A DNA stretch of 64,000 bases from Synechococcales cyanobacterium (lineage in GTDB: Bacteria > Cyanobacteriota > Cyanobacteriia > CAKZMO01): NCBI GenBank assembly GCA_035285585.1, contig JAYKGU010000107.1, positions 2,864 to 66,863 on the forward strand, written 5' to 3'. Shown piece after piece: positions 10,468 through 20,378 of this stretch (its first letter is position 1; every line of letters begins with the position of its first letter). A program made the translations under genes and the position numbers. Below the pieces are notes generated by a model. The model ran no database searches, was not told the DNA's origin, and saw only the letters and a program-made list of their open reading frames with translations.

Positions 10468-11205
10468 TCACAGAATCAAGCTCCCCAGCCCCAGCACCGT
10501 CAAGGTAATTGTCATATTGTCGATTTCCTGAACTGGAAGGGCCTCCACTACCGTAGCGGCGATCGCCACCACTGCTACTCCCCTAACCGTGTGTCCCAAA
10601 GTCAGAGCCGGTTGAAACATCCCCAAACTATTAAACAGCCACACATAGCCAAAGCCAAGTAGGAAACTACCCAGCAGCATGGCCGCTGATCCCGCCCAGC
10701 TTTTGTCGGGGTTCAAAGGTAACTTGTGTTTGCCCCATCGCCGCCCGACGATGTCCGCCAGCCCATCACCACCACACATCATCATCAGCGCCAGAAGGCC
10801 AATGGGGCTGTGTCGCCAAAAGGCCAACGTGCAGACGATGAACACCAGGCCATAGTAGAGCGGCCCTCGCAAAAGTTCGTGGCGATCGCCACTCCGCGTG
10901 GTAGATTTGACCAGCTCTGGGTAATCAACCCAACCCATGCCCACAACGAAAAAGCCCAGGGTGAGAACAAACGGCACCAGGACAGCCAACCAGCGGGCCG
11001 CAGGGACGGCAGGAAATAGGGGCCAGCACAGCACAAACAGAGGCCCCGTGCCGATGTGAACCACTTTGCGGCTGAGGGTTTGCGCCAGAATGCCCCGTTG
11101 GGTGAGTTGATTGACCATACTCAACCAGCTCAAGGCAACGACAAAGGTGATAATGGTGGCCAGGGGGAGGGCCACTGCGGGGCTAAGCAAGGTCATCTCC
11201 AGCAT
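10468..11205 (-). CDS. Phytol/polyprenol kinase-like membrane protein (VTE5/cytidylyltransferase family)
   Basis: SRKVVHIGTG, ELLRGPLYYG, GGDGLADIVGRRWG, KSWAGS, IDNMT. Confidence 0.85.
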   Translation of the reverse strand: MLEMTLLSPAVALPLATIITFVVALSWLSMVNQLTQRGILAQTLSRKVVHIGTGPLFVLCWPLFPAVPAARWLAVLVPFVLTLGFFVVGMGWVDYPELVKSTTRSGDRHELLRGPLYYGLVFIVCTLAFWRHSPIGLLALMMMCGGDGLADIVGRRWGKHKLPLNPDKSWAGSAAMLLGSFLLGFGYVWLFNSLGMFQPALTLGHTVRGVAVVAIAATVVEALPVQEIDNMTITLTVLGLGSLIL

Positions 11206-11437
11206 GGGTAAAGCCACAGCAATGATCTTGCATCCCAAAATAAGTAGCTAAGGAGATTTTTGAGAATAATCCGACCGGACGACGTAGGGGCAAATGACCT
11301 TAGCCCTTATCAAGGATGTCAAGGCCATCATAGCTCTTTGTGGTGGCGTTGCCGCATCTGGGCGTGATTTCGGTTGGGACAAATGGCCATTCGTCCCGAC
11401 GGTGGGTATTGACGGACTGGCCAGAAAGCTTAATTAA

Positions 11438-12106
11438 TTAGCTTTGCAGCGTGTAGCCGTAGCGGGAAAAATCCTCGAAATAAAGGTCGTTGACAATACG
11501 CAGGAGGTCGGAGGTGAAATAGTCGCTGAGATGAGCCGTGCCCGTCTGGTTGTGCTTTTGGGACAGATCGAGGTGCAGATCCTGGGAAAGATAATTCAGG
11601 TCTTCAGAAGCCTCCATTTTCAGGATGGCGGTAAATTTGATTTGTCCAAGCCGTAGACCCCGATGGCAGATGAACCGAACTTGATACTGGGGCGAGAGAT
11701 GGCCATCAAGGCGATAGACGGAGGGCAGGATTTGAACGAACTGGTCGAAACGAACGTGCAGCAGTTTGTCTTTGATCTCGTCCGCAGGGGTTTCGCGGGT
11801 GATATTGAGGAATGGGAAGAAGATCCGCTGGCTGTGCTGCCACTTGCTGTAGGGTAGGGGCGCAGCCGCTTTCAGGGGATTGGTTTGAAACTTGTTTTTA
11901 TAAAAGGAAATAAGCCGATGATAGGGATTGCGGACAATCAAATAGTGGCTCGCCGCACAAAGACCCAGCCTGCGAGCATAGGTAATTTTCATCAGTTCTC
12001 GTCCCGGACAGAGCCTTAACCCGGTCTGGTTGGTCATGGTAGAGTACATCACCTTATAGTTGGTGGTAATTAAGTAGTTAGCAGTGGTGCTAATGAAGTG
12101 CGGCAT
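11438..12106 (-). CDS. Sulfotransferase family 2 protein
   Basis: NYKVMYST (5'-PSB-like), IVRNPYHRLISFY (3'-PB), DGHLSPQ, C-terminal YFEDFSRYGY. Confidence 0.75.
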   Translation of the reverse strand: MPHFISTTANYLITTNYKVMYSTMTNQTGLRLCPGRELMKITYARRLGLCAASHYLIVRNPYHRLISFYKNKFQTNPLKAAAPLPYSKWQHSQRIFFPFLNITRETPADEIKDKLLHVRFDQFVQILPSVYRLDGHLSPQYQVRFICHRGLRLGQIKFTAILKMEASEDLNYLSQDLHLDLSQKHNQTGTAHLSDYFTSDLLRIVNDLYFEDFSRYGYTLQS

Positions 12107-12310
12107 CGGTTATTAGTTAGCAATGTTCAAATAGTTGCAAATAACAGTCCTTTAAAGCGACTTTCAAAAAAAACATATCAACCCGTAGGAGCAAAGCATT
12201 TCGTAAAAAGCTTTGAGCCTCCTCCTGAATTACTGCCGAAATGCTGCGCCCCTACAAAACGTTGCATAAATTCCGTGAGGTCCTTTGTCAGGAATCTTTG
12301 TCAGAAATCG

Positions 12311-13039
12311 CTAAGTGGCCGGAGGAATAGGTTGGGCAGTCGGCTCAAGCAACCAGATACCATAGCCATTTGGCACTTTGGTAACAGCAGTTTGCAAATC
12401 TCGGCGGGCTAATCGTTTAACAACGTGGGCAGTGTCTTTGATATTTGGCACAACATCCAGGAGGCTGTAGTAGTTGTTTTGAACGGCAATGGCCTGTCGC
12501 GGCTGACTTTTGCCCGGTAGGGCGATCCAGCAGGGGCGGTATTGCTGGGGAGAGGTGAGAACCTGGTAGGGGGCGGTTGGGTGGGTGGATGGGGAAGTGG
12601 GTGACTGGGTGGATGGGTGGGTGGGGAGATGGGTGGGTGGGGAGGTGGGTGGGTGGGCGGAGCGACGGATGTACCGATGGGTGGTCGGGTGGGTGGGTTG
12701 GGCCTCTTGCTCTTGTACCCAGATGGCGTATCCTTTGGGAATTTGGGTAATAGCGACAACTTCGTTGCGATCGCCCAATTTCTCGGCAATTTTCAAAGCA
12801 GTTGTCTGGTCTGGCTCGACGCGAAAGAGGCTGTAATAGTTGGACTGGTAGCTAATCGCAGCAACAGGCTGCTCCAGGTCGGGCAAATAGATGTGACAGC
12901 AGCGATAGGTGTGGCGGGATGCTATCCAGTGAGCCTTCGCCGCTGGCTGCTGCATCGGGGATCCAGGGGTAAGCATAGGACCGAAAGACAGGAAATCTGG
13001 GACAGGTACTGGGCTGAAGCTTGATTGGGGGCGAACCAA
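12311..13039 (-). CDS. Hypothetical protein with two homologous ~70-aa domains and a repeat-encoded Pro/His/Thr linker
   Basis: YRCCHI..NYYSLF..GYAIWVQE versus YRPCWI..NYYSLL..GYGIWLLE; start uncertain. Confidence 0.7.
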   Translation of the reverse strand: MVRPQSSFSPVPVPDFLSFGPMLTPGSPMQQPAAKAHWIASRHTYRCCHIYLPDLEQPVAAISYQSNYYSLFRVEPDQTTALKIAEKLGDRNEVVAITQIPKGYAIWVQEQEAQPTHPTTHRYIRRSAHPPTSPPTHLPTHPSTQSPTSPSTHPTAPYQVLTSPQQYRPCWIALPGKSQPRQAIAVQNNYYSLLDVVPNIKDTAHVVKRLARRDLQTAVTKVPNGYGIWLLEPTAQPIPPAT

Positions 13040-13246
13040 ATTGACCGAAGATTTAGTTGAAGCTAGGCCAAAAAATCCGGCAGATGTCCCTCAAACCTGT
13101 GCTAGTTGATGTTTCTATTCAATCCCATTCTCGCTAAAAAAAATCCCAGATGCAATCCGTCAAAGCACGAGAGTTGTTCACCCCTTTGCCAAGAGCGATT
13201 CCTGAGATAGGGTCGGTGCTGACAGGGCGTTTGCAGGGGCGATCGC

Positions 13247-15445
13247 TCACTCCACTCCGATTTGATCCACCTCCACCGAATCTATGAAACTCTGAGTGTG
13301 CAGCGTATCCAGGGTCAGGGGCGGGTCAATGCGTAGATCGGTGGGTGGGTGAGCAGCAGGCATGGGAATATCGGCTCCGTTGATAACGGCTCCCAAAAGC
13401 GTCACGTCTTCGTCATCCGGATCCATAAACTGCTCGGCAACTTCGGCCAGCATCCCTTCTTCGGTGTAGCCCGGTCGGGTCACCAGCACCATGCCGTCGG
13501 TGTACGGCTCCAGCAGCAGGGCATCATTGCAGCGGCTCAGGGCGGGGGTGTCGATCACCACCAGGTCAAAGCGGTGGCGGGCGTCGTCCAGCACTTTGCG
13601 GAGTTCGGTAGACTCCAGGATGGCGGCGGCCTGTTTTTGCTGGCCGGGGCTGGGCAAAATGTAGAGATTCTCAATCTGGGGCACTAGGCGAATGGAGTCG
13701 TTGGGCTGCCCGTAATACTGCAAGGGTTCCAGGCTGTTTTCGGGGTTGGGGATGACCTCGAGCTGGTGGGAGTGGGAGGGCGATCGCAAATCAGCTTCCA
13801 CGATCAAGGTGCGCTTACCGGCACGGGCGGAGGCGATCGCCAGATTATAGGCGCTGAAGGATTTGCCCTCGCGGCTGATGGTGCTGGTCATCAAGATCAC
13901 TTTGGGGGGCTGGCTCCCACCGATGCGCCGCAGGTTTGACCGGAAGCGCTCCACCGCTTCCAGATACGGGGAGTCGAGGTCGCGAATTAAAGGAATGGTG
14001 TCGGGGTCGAGGGGGGTGGGCAGGGCGGGCAGCAGACCCAGAACGGGAATTTCCTGCTGGCGCAGGGCGTTTTGCAGGTCGGGCAGGGTGTGGAAGGTGG
14101 CGTCGAGGCTGTCCAGCAGCACGATCAGGCCACCGCCTACCAGCAGCCCCACCACGCCGCCCGCAATTAGAATCACCAGCGGATTGTTGGCTTCCACATC
14201 GCCCGTGGTGGTTTGGGGCGGTTGGGCGATCGCCAGGCTGCCCACCGTTTCTTTCTCGGCCAGGGTGACGTCTTCTAAGCGGGCCTGAATTTCGTTAAAG
14301 AAAGCTCCCTTCAGCTCAACTTCGCGGGTGAGGCGGGCCTGCTCCAACTGCTTATTGGGCAATGTTTCATATTCGGCCCGTAGCTCCTGCTCCAGCCGGG
14401 TTTGAGCGGCCAGAAGCTGCTGCTGGGTTTCTCGCTCGGCCTGCAGCCCCACCAGCAAATTGGCCAACTGCTGCCGGGCCGGGTCCAGGCTGCTATCCTG
14501 ACGAATGCGCTCTGTGTCCTGGAGGGGGGCCGCCACCTGGTTGCCGCCAATCACTTCCTGCACCCGCTGCTGCAGCAGTTCTTCAAAGGCCCGCTGCTGG
14601 TTCAACAGCTCCGCCATTTGGGGATGTTCGGGGCGGAGGCGCTGCTGCAGGACGGAGATTTGAGTTTCGTTCTGATAGATCTGGGTCCTCAGGCTGGCAA
14701 TGATTGGGTCGGCACTGAGGGCCGATGAGGCATAGGCCTGGTCGGGGGTTAGCCCCAACCGCTGCTGCAGGCTTTGGATCTGGGCATCTAGCCCGGTGAG
14801 CCGGAGTCGAAGCGCCCGCTGTTCGTTTTGGCTGGCCGTAATGCCGCCCACCAGGCTGCCGTCGCGGGCGGCCTGCAGCACTGGCCCCTCCTGACGAATG
14901 TAGGCCTCCAGCCGCCGCTCGGCCTGCCGCAAGTCTTGCTCGACCCGGGGCAGCAGTTCGTTCAAATTTTCGGTAATGCGGGTGAGCTGAATGGTGTTAA
15001 AAATTCGGCTCTTTTCCACCATCGCCTCTAGCAGCAGGGCATTGATTTGGTTAGCCCGGTCGGCGTTGGTGTCCTGATACTCGACGGTGACCTGGAGCAC
15101 CACTTCGGCGTTAACATCAACGTCGGTGCTGCGGCGCAGTTTTTCGGGGCTGACACGAACCTCCTGGGCTTCGAGCTGCTGCGACACGAAGGCCAGCACC
15201 TCGTCGGACAGGAGGTTGGCTTCGGTAAGGGCCTGCCCCTGCTGCTGGATGCTGGTGACGGTTGCCGAAAAGGTTAGAGGCGGCTCGACGTACACCAAAA
15301 CGCCCTGGGAGACATAAACGGCAGGGGGAGCGGGCTGGAGGGCGGCCACACCGGATAGCCCCAGAACGGTCATGAATCCGGCCAGCCCAGCCCATTTGTG
15401 GCGCTGGCCAGCAATCAGATAGCGTTTTAAAAGTGGAGGGGTCAT
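13247..15445 (-). CDS. wzc: Wzc/GumC-type polysaccharide co-polymerase with BY-kinase domain
   Basis: Two TM segments flanking a coiled coil; Walker A STISREGKS, EADLR, VIDTP. Confidence 0.85.
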   Translation of the reverse strand: MTPPLLKRYLIAGQRHKWAGLAGFMTVLGLSGVAALQPAPPAVYVSQGVLVYVEPPLTFSATVTSIQQQGQALTEANLLSDEVLAFVSQQLEAQEVRVSPEKLRRSTDVDVNAEVVLQVTVEYQDTNADRANQINALLLEAMVEKSRIFNTIQLTRITENLNELLPRVEQDLRQAERRLEAYIRQEGPVLQAARDGSLVGGITASQNEQRALRLRLTGLDAQIQSLQQRLGLTPDQAYASSALSADPIIASLRTQIYQNETQISVLQQRLRPEHPQMAELLNQQRAFEELLQQRVQEVIGGNQVAAPLQDTERIRQDSSLDPARQQLANLLVGLQAERETQQQLLAAQTRLEQELRAEYETLPNKQLEQARLTREVELKGAFFNEIQARLEDVTLAEKETVGSLAIAQPPQTTTGDVEANNPLVILIAGGVVGLLVGGGLIVLLDSLDATFHTLPDLQNALRQQEIPVLGLLPALPTPLDPDTIPLIRDLDSPYLEAVERFRSNLRRIGGSQPPKVILMTSTISREGKSFSAYNLAIASARAGKRTLIVEADLRSPSHSHQLEVIPNPENSLEPLQYYGQPNDSIRLVPQIENLYILPSPGQQKQAAAILESTELRKVLDDARHRFDLVVIDTPALSRCNDALLLEPYTDGMVLVTRPGYTEEGMLAEVAEQFMDPDDEDVTLLGAVINGADIPMPAAHPPTDLRIDPPLTLDTLHTQSFIDSVEVDQIGVE

Positions 15446-15524
15446 TTTAGGGAAATCGCGTTAAGGGGGTGATGGCAATCGGTGGGAAGAGGCACGCCTT
15501 CTTCCCTACTTCACTATTCCCGTC

Positions 15525-16814
15525 TCAATTGTCCGAATCATCTTCGGAACTGTCGGGACGAAACAGGGTTTCCACACTGCTGCGAATGGTGTCGAAGAAG
15601 AGGACAAATCCGAGGACGTCGCGGAAGGGCTGGGTAAAGGTATTCAGGGTGAAGGTGATGCGGGCGATGAGGCTGCGGCCAATGACGATGACATCGTTGT
15701 CTTCGAGTACCACGTTTTGAGAGGTATCTCCCATGAAAGCGTCCTTCGCATCCAGCTCCAGCTTGATGGCGCGCCCCGTGGCTGGATCATAACGAATCAG
15801 GGCGATGTGGCGCAGGTCTGAGGAAGCTTGCTCAGGACTGATAACGGTGATGGCATCCAGGAAATCGCTGCCGCTGGGCAGGGTGAGGTTGCCGATACGG
15901 GTGGGATAGCTGAGCACCCGGATGTTCATGGTAGGCTGCCCCAGGGTGGAGCGGGCCACCAGGGTGCGATCGTATGCCTCAATTTCCTCTGCCGTCAGGG
16001 TAGGGACAATGATGACATCGCCATCGGCCAGACGAGTGGTGGGCAGGGATTGCCCCTCCGCCAGGGGAGAAAATAGGTCGACGCTTTCCTCAATCACATC
16101 GACAACCGCTCCGGTGCGATCGCGCAATACCCGCCGCACCTGCACCGATTTGAGGTTGGCCAGACGGGTCGTGCCGCCTGCGGTGATCAGGGCAGCGGGC
16201 AGGTTGGCCAACTGCAGAGGGTAGAGACCTGGACGCACCACTTCCCCCAGGATGGTGACCTGTACCGGACGCTGCACCACCAGGGTGAGGTCAATGACGG
16301 GATTGACATAGAAGCGATTGAGCTGGGCATGGATGAGTTCCTGGGCCTGGTCAAGGGTGAGTCCCTGCAAGGGCACAATGCCCGCCAGGGGAACGAGAAT
16401 ATTGCCCTGGAGGTCGAGGGTGGCCTGGAAGTTGGCCTCTGGGAACCCCTGGACGTTGACGAAAATGGAGTCACCGGGGCCGAGGCGGTAGCGGTCAAAC
16501 TCTGCGTCGAGCGAGTTGGCTGGATCGACCGCCGGAGCAAAAGGGGATGGCATGCGATCGCGCAGTTGCTGCTGGGCATCGTAGAGCTGATCAAGGGGTG
16601 ACAGTTCTGGGGCCGGTGAAGCGGCGGGTGGCGGGATGACGTCAATCGTTTGCGCTACCTCGGTGGCAGCGGACGGCAGGGTGGCAGCGGGCGGAGCGGT
16701 GGCGCGGGCCGCCAGTCCCCAGAGCAGGCTGCTGGCCAGGGCGGTGCTCAGGGAATAGAGGCTGAGTAGGGACCAGGCTTTGAGGGGCTGGAGGGTTTGA
16801 CAGTAAAGGATCAT
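15525..16814 (-). CDS. wza: Wza-type polysaccharide export protein (Poly_export + SLBB)
   Basis: YRLGPGDSIFV, VTILGEVVRPG, LADGDVIIVP. Confidence 0.85.
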   Translation of the reverse strand: MILYCQTLQPLKAWSLLSLYSLSTALASSLLWGLAARATAPPAATLPSAATEVAQTIDVIPPPAASPAPELSPLDQLYDAQQQLRDRMPSPFAPAVDPANSLDAEFDRYRLGPGDSIFVNVQGFPEANFQATLDLQGNILVPLAGIVPLQGLTLDQAQELIHAQLNRFYVNPVIDLTLVVQRPVQVTILGEVVRPGLYPLQLANLPAALITAGGTTRLANLKSVQVRRVLRDRTGAVVDVIEESVDLFSPLAEGQSLPTTRLADGDVIIVPTLTAEEIEAYDRTLVARSTLGQPTMNIRVLSYPTRIGNLTLPSGSDFLDAITVISPEQASSDLRHIALIRYDPATGRAIKLELDAKDAFMGDTSQNVVLEDNDVIVIGRSLIARITFTLNTFTQPFRDVLGFVLFFDTIRSSVETLFRPDSSEDDSDN

Positions 16815-17587
16815 CAGGGTTCACCGGAGGTTGCAACGGGGGTGAAAGCTTGCTCGACCAGACTGGCCTGGACGGTTTGCCCCAGGGTGGCGGCCAAGGA
16901 GCGGGATTGCTCAATGTCCCCCAGTGGCTCAATGGGAATCAGCAGACTGACGGCCACCCACGGCTGACGCTGGCGATCGCGCCATTGGATGGCCTGGTCT
17001 GCCAGAAACCAGTCCAGGGTTGAGGCACTACCCCCCGTTTTCCAGGCATACCACTGGACGACAGCGAAGGTCTGGTCTAGATTCCAACCCCGCAGATAGC
17101 GGGCGATAACGGAATGGCTGGAGGTAGCAGTCGGGGAAGATGCAAACCCTGAAAATTCAATGCGGCGGAGACGATCGGTCGTCCAGTCGTAGGCCCCGTT
17201 GATATCAACCCATTCCACCTGGGGCTGGTCGGCGTGGTCAGCCTGGGGGCGCAGGAACAGGTACACCGGGCGCTGGGGACTGATGCGATCGCTATCGGGT
17301 AAGGAGCCGTCAGAGGGGGCGATCGCCTGAACCGACCACTGGTGGCCGCCAATTTCGGTGGTCTTTTGCTCCAGGGTTTGCCAGTCGGGCAGATCGAGTC
17401 CCGTATCTCGTAGTGCGCGGATTTGAGACAGGATGGCGGTTTGGGGCGGCTGTTCCCAGGCCCAGGCTCCTGTGATGTAGTTGGGGGTGATGATGATGGC
17501 GGCGATCGCCAACAGCCCCACCGGCAGCAGTCGCCGTACCAGGCTGGAGCGACTTAAGGAGGCGAGAACGGTCTGGATAGCTTCCAT
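16814..17587 (-). CDS. Cyanoexosortase B system-associated protein
   Basis: Directly follows the exosortase; PNYITGAWAW, IGGHQWSVQ, PQVEWVDING, QTFAVVQWYAW, WVAVSLLIPIEPLG. Confidence 0.8.
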   Translation of the reverse strand: MEAIQTVLASLSRSSLVRRLLPVGLLAIAAIIITPNYITGAWAWEQPPQTAILSQIRALRDTGLDLPDWQTLEQKTTEIGGHQWSVQAIAPSDGSLPDSDRISPQRPVYLFLRPQADHADQPQVEWVDINGAYDWTTDRLRRIEFSGFASSPTATSSHSVIARYLRGWNLDQTFAVVQWYAWKTGGSASTLDWFLADQAIQWRDRQRQPWVAVSLLIPIEPLGDIEQSRSLAATLGQTVQASLVEQAFTPVATSGEP

Positions 17588-17589
17588 GT

Positions 17590-18510
17590 TTAGCACTCCT
17601 GCTCCTGGGAGGGGGACGGCAGTGACGAGCTAGGATCGCCAGGGAACCAGCGATCGATAGCATTGAGCAGCAGCACCAGGGAACCGAGCAGCCCTGCCGA
17701 GTAAAGGTCGCCCCCCCAGCTTTCATGGAGCCAGTCAAACGCCTGGGTGTTCCCCGTGCCGTGAAAGAGGGTGAGAAAGGTGTTGCGGAGGATGTTGGCG
17801 CTGACGCTCAGCAGCACGATGCCGACGCCAAAGGTGATAACCTTAGTCCGGGCTTTCCAGGTCCCCGTCCAGATCAATAGCATCAGCCCTACATAGAGGC
17901 TGGTGAACAGCATCTTGAGGCCCGCACAGTGGGGAGCAACTTCGACGATGCGATCGTTTACAAACAAATAAATTTGCTCGACCTGCACATCCAGCCCGAT
18001 TTGAAAGAGAATAAATCCGGCCACACCCGCAATAAACCGCTGCAGCGGCAGAGTGTAGGGCGCAATCAGATAGGGCATTTGGGTGGGGGTGGCCAGCCAG
18101 ACCAGCAGTAGGGGAAAGCCCATTTGTGTCAGGCCCGCCCGACCTTTGAACCAGAGGCAAAGCCCCGTTAAAACTATGGGCAGGGAGAAGTTGATGGCGT
18201 CGGGAACGCCGCTCAAGTAGAGAGCCAGCCCGAAGATCAGGAGCAGCCCTCCGGAAAGCGAGCCAGCGAGGGAGGGGGAAGGAAGTTGCGGCCAGCGATC
18301 GCGTCTCTGCCAGAGCAGGTAAGCAGCAAAGGGTAGGCCAATCACCCCGTGGCTAAAGTACTCGTGTTCCAGGCTAATGGACTTGTTGAGCCAGCCGTCA
18401 TACCAGTGCAGCAGCAGCGGCCCATAGAGCACCAGGAGGAGGCCCCATAGAGCCATTTCCGGTGCTCTACGGGAATGCACAAGCTTGGAGGAGGTAACCT
18501 TTAGCGACAT
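17590..18510 (-). CDS. crtB: Cyanoexosortase B (the symbol crtB here is the exosortase, not phytoene synthase)
   Basis: WYDGWLNKSISLEHEYFSHG; catalytic VEVAPHCAGL (Cys), ANILR (Arg), WLHESWGG (His). Confidence 0.88.
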   Translation of the reverse strand: MSLKVTSSKLVHSRRAPEMALWGLLLVLYGPLLLHWYDGWLNKSISLEHEYFSHGVIGLPFAAYLLWQRRDRWPQLPSPSLAGSLSGGLLLIFGLALYLSGVPDAINFSLPIVLTGLCLWFKGRAGLTQMGFPLLLVWLATPTQMPYLIAPYTLPLQRFIAGVAGFILFQIGLDVQVEQIYLFVNDRIVEVAPHCAGLKMLFTSLYVGLMLLIWTGTWKARTKVITFGVGIVLLSVSANILRNTFLTLFHGTGNTQAFDWLHESWGGDLYSAGLLGSLVLLLNAIDRWFPGDPSSSLPSPSQEQEC

Positions 18511-18514
18511 GGGC

Positions 18515-19726
18515 TTACCCTGCTACCAACACGCTAATGCTAGAGGGATCGATGGGATCAATCACGGTCGGATCAATGATAGCCGTCGGATTGACCAGGT
18601 CGCGTAGGGCGCTCACGACCCGGAGGATCTGGGCGTTAGTCATACCGGGATAGATGGGTAGGGAGAGGACTTCGTGGCAGAGCATTTCAGCATTGGGAAA
18701 ATCGCCGCAGATGTGGCCGAGGTGGCGAAAGGCGGGCTGCAGATGGCAGGGAATGGGGTAATGGATACCGGTTTGGATGCCGTGGTTAGCTAGTTCGGTC
18801 TGGAGCCGCCCCCGATCGAGCCGACAGCGATCCTGTACGCGAATGACATAAAGGTGATAGACATGGCCGCTGCCACTTTCATTCGTGATGGGGATAATGC
18901 CATCGTGCCGCAGTGGCTTCAGCAGGGCATCGTAGCACTGGGCAATGCGGTGGCGATCGCGGTTCCAGCTGGGCAAATAGGGCAGCTTGGCAGACAGGAT
19001 GGCCGCCTGGAGGGTGTCTAACCGGCTGTTGGTGCCCAGATCGGTGTGGTAGTACTTGCGGGGTGCGCCGTAGTTACGAAGGGAGCAGGTTGCCTTAGCG
19101 ATCATTTCGTCGCCTGTGACGAGCATGCCTCCGTCACCAAAGCCCCCCAGGTTTTTGCTGGGATAAAAGCTGAAGGCAGCCGCTACGCCGACGGATCCGG
19201 CCCGATGCCCCTCCCGCTCGGCCAGGTGGGCCTGGGCGGCATCTTCGAAAATCATCAGGTCGTAGGTGCGGGCCAGGTCGCGCAAAGCATGGGGATCGAC
19301 CATCTGGCCATAGAGATGCACGGGCACAACGGCACGGGTGCGGGGCGTGATCGCTTTTTCAACGGCAATTAAATCAATCAGGGCGGTGTTGGGGTCGCAG
19401 TCGACCAGGATGGGGGTGGCTCCCGTGCGTAGCACGCCCAATAGGGTGGCGATGAAAGTATTGGCCGGTAGCATCACCTCGTCTCCCCGCCCGATGCCTG
19501 CTGCCTGCAATCCCAGGGCGATCGCATCGGTGCCACAGCCAACGCCAACACCAAACCGAGTGCCACAGGCACTGGCAAAGGCCTGTTCAAAATCGCGAAC
19601 CGCTTGCCCCAAGATGAAATCGCCCCGCTGGATAACGGCCCAAACGGCCTGCTTCAACTCATCTTCAATGGGCCGATTTTGGATGCTTAAGTCGACAAAA
19701 GGAATGGGTGAGAGGGTCGTGGTCAT
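18515..19726 (-). CDS. DegT/DnrJ/EryC1/StrS nucleotide-sugar aminotransferase
   Basis: IPFVDL, VPVHLYGQ, EDAAQAH, FSFYPSKNLG (PLP Lys), NSRLDTLQAA, TGIHYP, LSLPIYP. Confidence 0.92.
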   Translation of the reverse strand: MTTTLSPIPFVDLSIQNRPIEDELKQAVWAVIQRGDFILGQAVRDFEQAFASACGTRFGVGVGCGTDAIALGLQAAGIGRGDEVMLPANTFIATLLGVLRTGATPILVDCDPNTALIDLIAVEKAITPRTRAVVPVHLYGQMVDPHALRDLARTYDLMIFEDAAQAHLAEREGHRAGSVGVAAAFSFYPSKNLGGFGDGGMLVTGDEMIAKATCSLRNYGAPRKYYHTDLGTNSRLDTLQAAILSAKLPYLPSWNRDRHRIAQCYDALLKPLRHDGIIPITNESGSGHVYHLYVIRVQDRCRLDRGRLQTELANHGIQTGIHYPIPCHLQPAFRHLGHICGDFPNAEMLCHEVLSLPIYPGMTNAQILRVVSALRDLVNPTAIIDPTVIDPIDPSSISVLVAG

Positions 19727-19821
19727 AGTTAAGACACCAGGAGTGAGAACGGCGGAACGGGAATTCCGAACGGATGTTCTAAATCGTGATTCCAGAGGAA
19801 TATTTGAGAGAAAAATATTCC

Positions 19822-19926
19822 TAAGTAGAACTGCAGTGAAAAACGAAGGTTAGAAAACCGGGGGTGCTTCCCGGTGGGGCGCTCCCCCGGTTTTCTGACA
19901 TGAATTTAACCGTGCTGACCTACTTA
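19822..19926. mobile_element. MITE-like element family C (ends TAAGTAG...CTACTTA)
   Basis: Inverted-orientation copy at 24417-24506; partial copies near 4793-4922 and 52005-52028. Confidence 0.7.
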
Positions 19927-20185
19927 AATGACGTTCCAAATGAGTGATGCACCTATCCCTATTTACGGCTGCGAGCTTGCACTCGGTCAGGGGATTGGGA
20001 TGAAGTCTTCGTAAAATTCGCAGGTAGGCTTAGAATTCCCAGGATCTGGGGTAGGGGAAACACTGGCGTATTATCCCTGGAATGACCCAATAGGGGCGAT
20101 CGCCCCCATCCGTAAAAAATCCCGATGGCGATCGCGCCACCGGGAAAAGGGGGTTACAAATTTTGGGGTCAGAAGGTGGATCAGC

Positions 20186-20265
20186 GATTCCCGCTTTGAG
20201 TGAGACAAAGTTAGCAGGACAGCGGGGCGCGCCGTACTCCACGGTTTCGCCTCAAGTTGATACCC
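20186..20265. mobile_element. Short dispersed repeat family A (degenerate)
   Basis: ttcccgctttgagtgagacaaagttag...ctcaagttgataccc resembles 24942-25024 and 55895-55976. Confidence 0.65.
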
Positions 20266-20279
20266 AAGAAATCTCCCTA

Positions 20280-20378
20280 GGAGATTTTTGAGAATGATCC
20301 TACCGGACGACGTAGGGGCAAATGGCCATTTGCCCTACCAACCGTTCAACCGAGGGTAAATTTTTTCCAGAAATCTCC
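20280..20378. mobile_element. MITE-like element family B (TIR GGAGATTT...AAATCTCC)
   Basis: Internal GTAGGGGCAAATGGCCATTTGCCCTAC hairpin; copies at 52029-52128, 4652-4751 and partial at ~11252; abuts the moeB stop codon. Confidence 0.75.
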
